From the NCBI GenBank assembly GCA_038087875.1, contig JAXLNO010000179.1, positions 1 through 64,000 on the forward strand: a stretch of DNA of 64,000 nt, in the 5' to 3' direction. Made by a program: the position numbers and the translations under genes. The first letter of the stretch is position 1; every line of letters starts with the position of its first letter. Below the pieces are notes generated by a model that saw nothing but the letters and a program-made list of their open reading frames with translations, did not search any database and had not been told where the DNA came from. The stretch is from Malacoraja senta. Taxonomy: Eukaryota. Of this stretch, positions 13,245 through 23,905 are shown one piece after another.

Positions 13245-14012
13245 CAGAGTTTTGTCCGAGCCAAGTTTAATAGCCTGATGGCTGTGGGGAAGTAGCTAAT
13301 CCTGAACCTGGTCGTTGCAGTCTTCAGGCTCCTGTACCTTCTACCTGAAGGTAGTAGGGAGATGAGTGTGTGGCCAGGATGGTGTTGGTCCTTGATGATA
13401 GTGCCAGCCTTTTTGAGGCAGCAACTGCGATAGATCCCCTCGATGGAAGGGAGGTCAGAGCCGATGATGGACTGGGCAGTGTTTACTCCTTTTTGTAATC
13501 TTTTTGCTGGTGTTGAGTGCCAGGTTATTGTGCTGGCACCATATGGACAGTTGCTCGATTTCTCTTCTATACTCTGACTCATCCCCATCAGTGATACGTC
13601 CCACAACAGTGGTGTTGTCAGCAAACTTGATGATGGAGTTCGCACTATGTCCAGCTATGCAGTCATGAGTATAGAGTGAGTACAGCAGGGGGCTGAGCAC
13701 GCAGTCTTGAGGTGCACCCGTGCAGAGTGTTATCGAGTCTTGACACATTTCCACCAATACGAACAGACTGGTCTGAGAATGAGGAAGTCGAGGATCCAAT
13801 TGCAGAGGGATGCGCAGAGACTCAGTTCTGCGCGTTTGGTAACCAGCTTGGAGGGGATGATTGTATTAAATGCCGAGGTATAATCAATGAATAACAGCCT
13901 GACATATGAGTTTTTGTTGTCCAAGTTTCCCAGAGAAGAGTGGAGGGCCAGCGAGATCGCATCCACCGTTGATCTGTTGTGGCGGTAAGCGAACTGCAGT
14001 GGTTTCAGGTTT
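13245..14012 (-). mobile_element. Rex1/Babar-type LINE reverse-transcriptase fragment (5'-truncated, internally deleted)
   Basis: [50 protein letters not shown], and C-terminal LLPSGRRYRSL...TTRFRISYFP. Confidence 0.8.
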
Positions 14013-14029
14013 TTGTCGAGGTAGGAGTT

Positions 14030-14160
14030 GAAAATGTGTTGGCTCCTTGCAATGTGTTTGCCAAATTGTCTTGACTTTTAAAGACTCTTCAGAAAATGTG
14101 TTGGCTCCTTGCAAAGTGTTTGCCAAATTGTCTTGACTTTTAAAGACTCTTCAGAAAATG
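14030..14160. repeat. About 63-bp tandem duplication
   Basis: gaaaatgtgttggctccttgcaa...gactcttca occurs twice in tandem. Confidence 0.85.
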
Positions 14161-14388
14161 CCACCCAGCTTTGTGTCATCCGCAAACTTGCTAGTGTTGC
14201 TCCTAATTCCCTCTTCCAAATCATTAATATATATGGTAAACAGTTGCGGCCCCAACACCGAGCCTTGCGACACTCCACTCGCCGCTGCCTGCCATTCTGA
14301 AAAGGACCCGTTCACTCCTACTCTTTGCTTCCGGTCTGCCAACCAATTTTCTATCCATGTCAACACCCTACCCCCAATACCGTGTGCT
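14160..14388 (-). mobile_element. CR1 LINE RT fragment
   Basis: WIENWLADRKQRV...SGVSQGSVLGPQLFTIYINDL...SKFADDTKLGG. Confidence 0.85.
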
Positions 14389-14406
14389 CCAGATGGACCT
14401 GAGAAA

Positions 14407-14745
14407 AACAATCGGCAATGTAGGCAACCCGACTTGTCTTTCTTCAGGTTCCCCATTAAGGAGGAAAGGTAAGAAAACATTTATTTCTTCTGTGGCATAT
14501 TGAAATTTTTATTTAGCCTGTTCAATCTCTCACTGTAGATCATTGATCTCAGATAGTCGAGTCCTCATGGCAACATCCTTTTAAAAATCTTCTCCTAAAG
14601 AGCATTTTCTTTATACCTCTCTGTTATTTAATGCAGAATAAGAACATATTGACTGCATGATATTTTCTTTAATTTCCGATGTCGACAGTGGACATGATCT
14701 ACACCGAACTGCGGAGTATTTGTCAAATAACTGCCGTCTTATGTA
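14407..14745 (+). pseudogene. Second, related THAP (P-transposase N-terminus) remnant
   Basis: NNRQCRQPDLSFFRFPIKEER followed by an AG|GTAAG donor at the same position as in the first copy; exon-2 remnant CRQW...HRTAEYLSNNCRL at about 14679-14745. Confidence 0.8.
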
Positions 14746-17012
14746 CATTGTGTGAAATTGTGATTTGTTAACTGCACAAAACAATGCAAATGGCGATTAT
14801 TTATTATTGTATCTTCGTTGGACGTTTGGTCTTTGGTGTAAGCAGGGGTGGGGCTATCATTGTGTTACATACGTTGAATTGTACATCACTTTCACTGGTT
14901 AGCTGATATGCTTAACACTGCAACCCTGTATATCTCGCGCACAGAATTATGTGAATTATGTAAATCTTACCACGCATGTCAGAAATAAAGTGTTAAGCAT
15001 GTTAATGGATCTCTATTATGAATTATTTAAAATTGAGTGGGTTGGTGCAATATCGGTTCCAGCCGTCAGTGACTGCACTGCCAGCCCACCAGCCGTATGT
15101 GACAGAACTGCCAGCCCACGAGCCGTGAGTAAGTGAACTGCCAGCCCACCAGCTGTAAGTGACTGAACTGCCAGGCCAATAATCCATTCAGTCCACCCTC
15201 TCCCCCTTCTCTCACAGAGTCTGTCACCTGTTTTGGGCAGCATTTCTGGCAGTTTCTCAGCTGCCAGCCTGCCAGGTCTGAGTGACTGTACTGCCAGGCC
15301 TCAGTGACTGAGCTGCCAGCCCAAGAATCCATTCGACCCACAATGTCCATACTAGCCCTCTGGAAACAAGTCCCTTCGGCGCACAACACCCATACTAGCG
15401 CAACAGAACCCCCCCCCCAATGGCCAGCAATATTGGAATTGGTGGAGAGGTGGAATATTGCATTGGGTGACCAGCCCTCCCGTGTGATGCTGGGACCCAA
15501 CTTAGTCTAGTTATTGTATATAAGTTGGAAATGTTGTCCTTTGTTTAAAATATGTTGAATTTGACATCAATTTTATTGATTAGCTGATATGCAAAACACT
15601 GCAACCCTGTATATGTCGCGCACAAAATGATGTAAATAAAAAGTGTTTTCCTTGTTTATGAAGTTCAATTTAGAATTATTTGAAATTGTGGGGGTTGGTG
15701 CAAAATACTGCTGACCCACAAATGTATCGTTATGAGACATTCAAGTTTTAAAAATCCTTGTCTCGAAAAAAGCAAGAAGGTCCCCAAATCGGGGCAGCCC
15801 GGTCGGCGGGAGAAGCAACGCCCAAGTCGGGGCAGCCCGGCCAGAGGGAGAAGCGACGCCCAGGTCGGGGCGGCCCGGCCCGGGGAAGAGGGTGGCTGGG
15901 ACGGTGTTCTGGCGGTGGTGGCCTGAGTCCGGGGTTCGGCCGTGGGCCAGTGGCTACGTCTGCAGGACTGGTGGGCGGCAGCTTCGACCACCCCGGGCCG
16001 CGGTGTTTGAGCCGCGGGACTGTTATAACATCGCCCGGGGGTATCGCCTCAGCGCAGAGGGAGAAGAGGTGGGAAGAGACTGCAGACGTAAGACTTTTGC
16101 CTCCATCACAGTGAGGAGATGCTGGGTGGACTCACTGTGGTGGATGTTAATATGTGTTTATTGTTGTTTTTATTGTATTATATGTATGACTGCTGCAATT
16201 TCGTCCAGACTTCGGTCTGAATGATAATAAAGGCATATCTATCTATCTATATTATTTGACCAACTTATCGACTGAATTTAAATATGTAGGGATGTATGCA
16301 CTACATTGTGTTACGCTAATATAGAATGAAAGAATGGAAAAATATTTCGACATTGTGTTCATGTCATGGATATTTTATTCACAATATTAGGATTTCATAT
16401 ATATTTTATATATATGTGTGTGTGTGTATATATGTGTATACATACTAATATGTATGTGTATATATATGTATATACACACTTATTGTAATATATATTGTGA
16501 TATATATATATAGTGATATATATGTGTGTGTGTATATAGTGATACACACACACAAATATATATATACATACACACAGAGATTGAAGGAAAAAGATTGCTA
16601 AACAAATTAGAGGAAATCTGAAGAAAGAAACTAGAGAAATATGTCAAGTCAAGTCACTTTTATTTATATAGCACATTTAAAAAAACAAGCGACCACGTTT
16701 GTTCGCGCTGGACGCATGCAATTGCATGCTGGTGGGACAGACCCTTAACTTGCCTCTCACACACAAACACACATTCATATAAATATATATATAAGTTACA
16801 TTTAATTTTGTGCAGTGTGTGTTAGCAATACAAGGGAAGCTGCACAATACAATGCAAGGGAAACTACGCAAAGGTGGCGGCTAGGGAGGAAAGATGGGAG
16901 GGAAATGGGGGAACGGGTAAAACATTTACAATAAAATTAACTAAAATATGTGAGGTGATAGATGCGCTATATCAAACACTGTTCCCTACAACACTAATTA
17001 CACTGGTTACAC

Positions 17013-17212
17013 CAAGGATGATAGAGCGGATTACACCAAAGATACTAGAGGCGCTCCGCTCCGCTATATAATCTTTGGATCAAAGCAGCGGGAGGCAAAC
17101 CGGAAGTCGCGTTTTGCATTAGAAAATGGCGGCCGTGACGTTCCATTGCGTACTACACGTCAGTCCATTGGATTTCGGAGGAGTGGTCTATCTTGCTCCT
17201 CTAGTATCTTTG
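17013..17212. mobile_element. Cluster of P-family TIR stubs plus an inverted P-element left end (17212 reading leftward)
   Basis: CAAGGATGATAGAGCG at 17013, CAAAGATACTAGAGG at 17037 and GCTCCGCTATATAATCTTTG at 17058. The reverse complement of 17180-17212 is CAAAGATACTAGAGGAGCAAGATAGACCACTCC, similar to CAAAGATTATATAGCAGAGCAAGATGCGCCACTC at 8570. Confidence 0.7.
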
Positions 17213-17220
17213 GGGACAAT

Positions 17221-17695
17221 AAGGGGTTAAGAGGCTCCTGTACCCGATTGGCTGAGCTGCGTCAGGTGACGGTGACTCATCCCCAGTATAAATAGAAGAG
17301 TTCCCAGAATCCTCTCTTTTTCGACGACGACCCTGCCTCGTGAGGTTGTGCGGGTGTGAGCTGTGAATGCCTGGGCCACATGGCACTGAACTTCGTGTAA
17401 TTTCCACATTACGTAGTACCAAATATTGAATTGGGCTGTCCTTAGACGTTATCGGTCTTTTGTTTCAGGGATAGCTTTCTTTTAGGCAGGTTTAGAGCCT
17501 CGGGTTCGACGGTCCATCGCGTGGCTGGCCTGAGCAATTTTAAGTTGTTTGTTAATTCATTCATATCCTTGTCTGGGTTGTTTAAATCAGGTTGGAGTTT
17601 TGGTGTGTTATTAAATAATTAAACTATTTTTGAACTTAAACCTGGCTTTTGAACTGTGTTACGCGGCTCTGGATTGCTTTCGGGGAGTCGTAACA
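17221..17695 (+). mobile_element. LTR-like segment (3' part of a solo LTR)
   Basis: Inverted CCAAT (GATTGG), TATAAATAG at about 17287, T-rich U5-like region ending GTCGTAACA. The 5' TG end was not identified. Confidence 0.45.
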
Positions 17696-17789
17696 CTCAA
17701 CCAGAGGCAGAAAGTTTGTGCGGAACATATCAGATAAGGGTATTGTGATAAAAACGCCGAGATAGTGAAACCCATCCTCTGCCCATTTG

Positions 17790-20125
17790 AATGAGGTTAA
17801 CTGATGTCAGGCTAACTGGTCTATAATTCCCTGTTTTCTCCCTCCCGCCTTTCTTAAAAAGTGGCATAACATTAGCTACCCTCCAATCCACAGGAACTGA
17901 TCCTGAGTCTATAGAACATTGGAAAATTATCACCAATGCATCCACGATTTCTCGAGTCACTTCCTTAAGTACCCTGGTATGCAGACCATCAGGCCATGGG
18001 GATTTATCAGCCTTCAGTCCCATCAGTCTACCCAACATCATTACCTGCCTAATGTGGATTTCCTTCATAGAAACATAGAAAATAGATGCAGGAGGAGGCC
18101 ATTCGGCCCTTCGAGCCAGCACCGCCATTCATTGTGATCATGACTGATTGTCCCCTATCAATAACCCATGCCTGCCTTCTCCCCATATCCCTTGAATCCA
18201 CTAGCCCCTAGAGCTCTATCTAACTTTCTCTTAAATCCATCCAGTGATTTGGCCTCCACTGCCCTCTGTGGCAGGGAATTACATAAATTCACAACTCTCT
18301 GGGTGAAAACGTTTTTTCTCACCTCAGTCTTAAAGGACCTCCCCTTTATTCTAAGACTGTGGCCCATGGTTCTGGACTCGCCCAACATTGGGAACATTTT
18401 TTCTGCATCTAACTTGTCCAGCCCTTTTATAATTTTATATGTTTCTATAAGATCCCCCTCCTCCTTCTAAACTCCAGTGAATACAATCCAAGTCTTTTCA
18501 ATCTTTCCTCATATGACAGTCCTGCCATCCCAGGGATCAATCTCGTGAACCTACGCTGCACTGCTTCAATCACTATGATGTCCTTCCTCAAATTAGGAGA
18601 CCAAAACTGTACACAATACTCCAGATGTGGTCTCACCAGAGCCCTATACAACTGCAGAAGAACCTCTTTACTCCTATACTGACATCCTCTTGTTATGAAG
18701 GCCAACATTCCATTATCTTTCTTCACAGCCTGCTGGACCTGTAAGCCAACTTTCAGTGATCGGTGTACAAGGACGCCCAGGTCTCGCTGCACCTCCCCCT
18801 TACCTAACCCCATTGAGATAATAATCTGCCCCCTTGTTTTTGCCACCAAAGTGGATAACCTCACATTTATCTATATTATACTGCATCTGCCACTCATCTG
18901 CCCACTCACTCAACCTGTCCAGGTCACCTTGCAACCTCCTAACATCCTCTTCACAGCTCACACTGCCACTTCCGTTCCTCTGTCACCCCAGATCCTCTGG
19001 CCACTACTATATCAGGAAGATTGTTTGTGTCCTCCTTAGTGAAGACGGATCCAAAGTACCTGTTCAACTCATCTGCCATTTCCTTGTTCCCCATAATAAA
19101 TTCACCTTTTTCGGTCTTCAAGGGTCCAACTTTGGTCTTAACTAATTTTATCCTCTTTACATACTTAAAGAAACTTTTTCTATCCTGCTTTATATTCTTG
19201 GCTAGCTTACCTTTGTACCTCATCTTTTCTTCCCGTATTGTCTTTTGTTATCTTCTGTTGCTCTTTAAACATTACCCAATCATCTTGCTTCCCGCTCATC
19301 TTTGCTACGTTGTACTTCTTCTCTTTTATTTTTACACTGCCCCTGATGTCCCTTGTCAGCCACGGTCACCCCTTTCTCCCCTTGGAATCTTTCTTCCTCC
19401 TAGGAATGAACTGATCCTGCACCTTCTGTATTATTCCTAGAAATACCTGCCATTTGTGTTCCACTGTCATCCCTGTTAATGTATCTTTCCAGTCAACTTT
19501 GGCCAGCTCCTCCCTCATGGCTCCCTAGTCCCCTTTATTCCACTGTAACACCGACACCTCCGATCTACCCATCTCCCTCTCCAACTGTAGATTAAACCTG
19601 ACCATATTATGGTCACTACCTCCTAATGGCTCATTAACCTCAAGTTCCTTTATCAGATCAGGTTCATTACATAACACTAAATCCAGAATTATCTTCTCCC
19701 TGGTAGGCTCTAACACAAGCTGCTCTAAGAATCCATCACAAAGGCACTCTACAAAGTCCCTTTCTTGGGGTCCAGTACCAACCTGATTTTCCCAGTCTAC
19801 TTGCATGTTGAAATCTCCCATAACAACCACAGCATTACCTTTGCTACATGACAATTTTAACTCCTGATTCAACATGCACCCTATGTCCAGGCTACTGTTT
19901 GGGGGCCTGTAGATAAGTCCCACTAGGGTCTTTTTACCCTTACACTTCCTTAGTTCTATCCATACTGACTCCACATCTCCTGTTTCAATGTCACCCCCTT
20001 GCAAGGGACTGAATTTCATTCCTCACCAACAGAGCTACCCCACCCCTTCTGCCCACCGGTCTGTCTTTTCGATAGGAGATATACCCTTGAATATTCAGTT
20101 CCCAGCCCTGGCCCTCTTGCAGCCA
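17790..20125 (-). mobile_element. CR1 LINE (endonuclease plus linker) with a second, 5'-truncated CR1 nested at about 18067-18975
   Basis: APE motifs GLIYRPPNS, MGDFN, LDLVL, GGSDH; also KSPWPDGLH and NYRPVSLTSV. The inner copy carries LVRPHLEYCVQFWSP and the catagaaacatagaaaatag tail. The outer sequence rejoins as in the CR1 at about 62150. Confidence 0.85.
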
Positions 20126-20654
20126 TGTCTCTGTTTCTGTGTAGGATAGTGTTAGTGTGTGGTGATCGCTGGTCGGCGTGGACTTGGTGGGCTGAAGGGG
20201 CTGTTTCCACGCTGTATCTCTAAACTAAACTAAAATGGAGTCCCATCCCGAGTAGGCAGAACCTTCCCATTGAAACACTTACTAGTTACTTGAATCCCAG
20301 TAGATTACGACACCACGTATCTGATCTCCTTTGGTTCGTTGTTGGCAGGTCACAACATCAAAATCAACGTGTAAAGCAAAGAACCGCAGATGCTGAAAAT
20401 CTGAAATAAAAATGGAAGAAAATTAAAAAAACATTCAGCAGGTTAGACAGCATTTGTGGAGAAAGAAACGGTTCAGTTTCAGATCAGAGACCCTTCACCA
20501 GAGTAGGAAACAGCAACAAAAACAAGTTGTTTTTCACTTGTAGAGAGGGGTTGTGGTGGATTGGTGGAACAAAGGGGATAATATCTCTGATGGGGCAAGA
20601 ACAGATGAGGAAACGTAGTATTTGGAGTCAGCATTTAGAATAAGATGATGGGAC

Positions 20655-21404
20655 TGTAATTCTGCTCCTACAGCTTACCCCCCTTAGTCTAGTTCAGTAA
20701 AATACTGAGTCAAGCACTGGATCAACTATTCTTTATTCTTCCCAACAATCACAAACTTCCTATACGATACCTAACCACCGCGGGTCCGATCCTTGTCTCT
20801 ACTCGTTCAAGCCCTTCAGCCTCGTGCGAGCAGACACCTCCAGATAGTCACACAGTCCCAACTGAACCTCCAGAAGATCGACTCCGATCCATGTTGGATT
20901 CACTCTTTTATAGGTCATCGGACCTTGTGGCGCGAAACTAAATGGGGGTGGCAGCCCCTACAAACCAATTACAAATATCAATTACATTATACAGTTATTG
21001 ACAGTTCCCTAACCCAATCACAAAGTATCCCATTACATTGTTTCAACAGAAAGTTCTAGCAGGGACTCCGTTGACATAGTTTACATAGGTATAGAAACAT
21101 TTCCCCAAACAATCTGAACAAGGCTTCACACTTTAACAAATCACAAGATAACAGAACAAACACTCTGCAACATAATTAACAGTATTTACAACTCCACCTT
21201 ATCTGACCAATCCTGACCATGCACCTCTGAGCTCTTCTGCAAAGTCATCAACATTTTAACAAAGAAATGGACATCTGGACCTCACCTTATCCTTGACTTC
21301 CATCTCTGGTCCAGACTCTTTGAAGCTGTGACATGCAGCTTGAAACTTTTCACAGAAAGAGGCCAAGCAGGCCTTGCAAATGCAAAGATCCTCCATTTTG
21401 TGAC
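20655..21404 (-). mobile_element. Solo-LTR-like insertion, absent from the paralogous copy at about 23717
   Basis: Starts TGT with possible ACA ends; minus-strand AATAAA (tttatt about 20732) and TATAAAA (about 20905); the empty site is visible in the duplicated block. Confidence 0.5.
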
Positions 21405-21574
21405 ATCTCTAATTTGGCCAATAATAATAGAACAAGGAACTGCAGACCAGACTATACTAACAGAACAATAAAACGGACGTGGATGAGATTAAACTCACCC
21501 GGAGGGTGGTTGCAATCTGGGACACTCTGCCTGTGGAGATGGTGGAGGCTTGGACTTTCCCTGCAGCTGCAGGA

Positions 21575-21770
21575 GATGCTCCACTACAAGAGATGCTCCA
21601 CTGCAGCAGCAGCGAGAGCTCCACTGTGGCAGTGGCTGCTCCACAGCAGAAGCTGCTCCACAGCAGGAGGGGCTTCAATGTAGGAACCTGCTCCACTGCA
21701 GGATCTGCACCCCTGCAATATCTGCTCCACTGCAACATCATGTCCATTGTAACGGCAGCAGCTCCATTGT
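21575..21770. repeat. Degenerate ~17-20 bp tandem repeat (GCTCCACTGCAGGAGAT)
   Basis: Repeated GCTCCACTG/GCTCCACAG cores; the paralog at 23840-23880 has only about 2 units. Confidence 0.75.
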
Positions 21771-23905
21771 AATGCCTTATTTTTAATTCCACGTGATGAA
21801 ATGAGCATACCCAGCAGACTTGTGATGAGTCCCTGATTATTGGCAGCAGGATATGTACAGTTTTGCTTCTGATGACTATTTCCTCCTGGTAAGGTTCCTC
21901 ACCAATATTCAAAAATTCCCATCAGTGATCTCAAATTGGACTAACTTTACAATCAATACCAAAGCTTGATGTCATTCAGAAGATGGTGACCATGGATAAC
22001 ACAAACCCACAGACATTGGGGACCAGTTACGCTTTTTAATGTTGCAACTAGTCACAGTCCTGAAATCAGAGATTGGACAAAGGTCAATGTTCCCATTGAT
22101 GAAGAGGTGGATGGTCCTGGTTGTTCATTATTCAATCCATTTACTCAACCATGGCACAAAGTGTCACTGCCAGTACAGGCAGCAAGAATGAGCCATTACT
22201 TTAAACCTGGAGGAATGGAAAGAAGGATTCTGATCTATTTCACTTACCACACAGATGTGTGAAACTGAAAGATTGGTCATTGCGATTTCTGACCTGGAAA
22301 TAGACACATACTCATCCGTCATATTCTTCATGCTGGTTGATTATTCTTTAATTCTGAAAAATAATGTTAAGGTTGTTTGCTGTCTTTGTCAAGTAGACAT
22401 GATCAATTGAATAATAGCATGAATACTCTGGAGGAAATATTAATAACGATAACATTGCAAAGTGATGTTTCCACAGATATGTTGCACGGGTAAGTTCAAT
22501 GAAGATAAATACCTGAAGTTGGCCATAACAGATGATGAGCATGTTTTATTTTTCACAGGATTAAATGTACCAAAGCCAGAATTCAGGACAAATCGGAGCA
22601 GAAAGCATCAAACCCAAGTTTATGAATCCAGCGACTCAGATGAGGATTGGACACCTAAACTTCTGACAAAAAATCCACAACGTAATTTAAATCCGTTTGA
22701 AATATTAAATGCAGTTATTCAAATAAAATTGATTCTAATCAATTTGGCCGTTAGCTTATGGAATCTGTTGCCAGGGAGATTATATTCTTAACTTTGGAGT
22801 GGTGGAAAACTTGAATATATTTTTCCAAATGTGTTATTCATTAAGTGGAAATTTACTTTTCCTAATTTTTACTTTTATGATGTTGCTTATTTTAAACTCA
22901 ATTACATTAGATATATCCAACATTTCCAAACTATTGAGATCCAGTCTGTGCTTCTCCAAAGCAGAGCTGACGTGTCACTTTTTTTCCCCAAGGATTCAGA
23001 ATCTTTAGGCCTCCTTTTAAGGTTTTTCTGATATTTTAAAAAATATGTGCAGGTTTTGTTCTTGCCCACTTGCAGGTATGATTTATATAATTTGTTTACA
23101 TAATATGTTACAAATACAGGTAAATACGTAATTTGGGTCACAAAATGAAACGAAAAAGCACCTCGGCCCACGGTCTACTTGGTTTCAGTGTAAATTGTCC
23201 CTAGTGTATGTGGGATAGTGTTTGTGTGTGGGGATCGCTGGTCGGCGTGGACTCGGTGGGCTGAAGGGCCTGTTTCCGTGCTGTATCTCTAAACTAAACT
23301 AAAATGGAGTCCCATCCCGAGTAGGCAGAACCTTCCCATTGAAACACTTACTAGTTACTTGAATCCCAGTAGATTACGACACCACGTATCTGATCTCCTT
23401 TGATTCATTGTTGACAGGTCACAACATCAAAATCAACGTGTAAAGCAAAGAACCGCAGATGCTGAAAATCTGAAATAAAAATGGAAGAAAATTCAAAAAA
23501 CATTCAGCAGGTTCGACAGCATTTGTGGAGAAAGAAACAGTTCAGTTTCAAATCAGAGACCCTTCACCAGAGTAGGAAACAGCAACAAAAACAAGTTTTT
23601 CAGTTGTAGAGAGGGGTTGTGGTGGATTGGTGGAACAAAGGGGATAATATCTCTGATGGGGCAAGAACAGATGAGGAAACATAGTATTTGGAGTCAGCAA
23701 TTAGAATAAGATGATGGAACAAGGAACTGCAGACAGAACAATAAAAAGGACGTGGATGAGATTAAACTCACCCAGAGGGTGGTTGCAATCTGGGACACGC
23801 TGCCTGAGGAGATGGTGGAGGCTTGAACTTTCCCTGCAGCTGCAGGAGATGCTCCACTGCAGGAGATGCTCCACTGCACGAGGGGCTTCAATGCAGGAAC
23901 CTACT

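Larger units (their letters stand above)
8570..17077 (+). mobile_element. P-element superfamily DNA transposon (left TIR 8570-8589; candidate right TIR 17058-17077), decayed, with nested insertions
   Basis: CAAAGATTATATAGCAGAGC at 8570 matches the reverse complement of GCTCCGCTATATAATCTTTG at 17058-17077 at 19/20 positions, and the pair encloses a THAP/P-transposase gene. The 8-bp flanks do not match, so the right boundary is uncertain. Confidence 0.6.

Noticed and set aside
8562..17085. 8-bp TSD for the full 8570-17077 element
   Set aside because: The flanks CTCTTCAC and GATCAAAG do not match, so a clean single insertion is not demonstrated.
21950..22330. Coding-like stretch inside the presumed Academ copy
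   Set aside because: No motif I can recognise and no long ORF.
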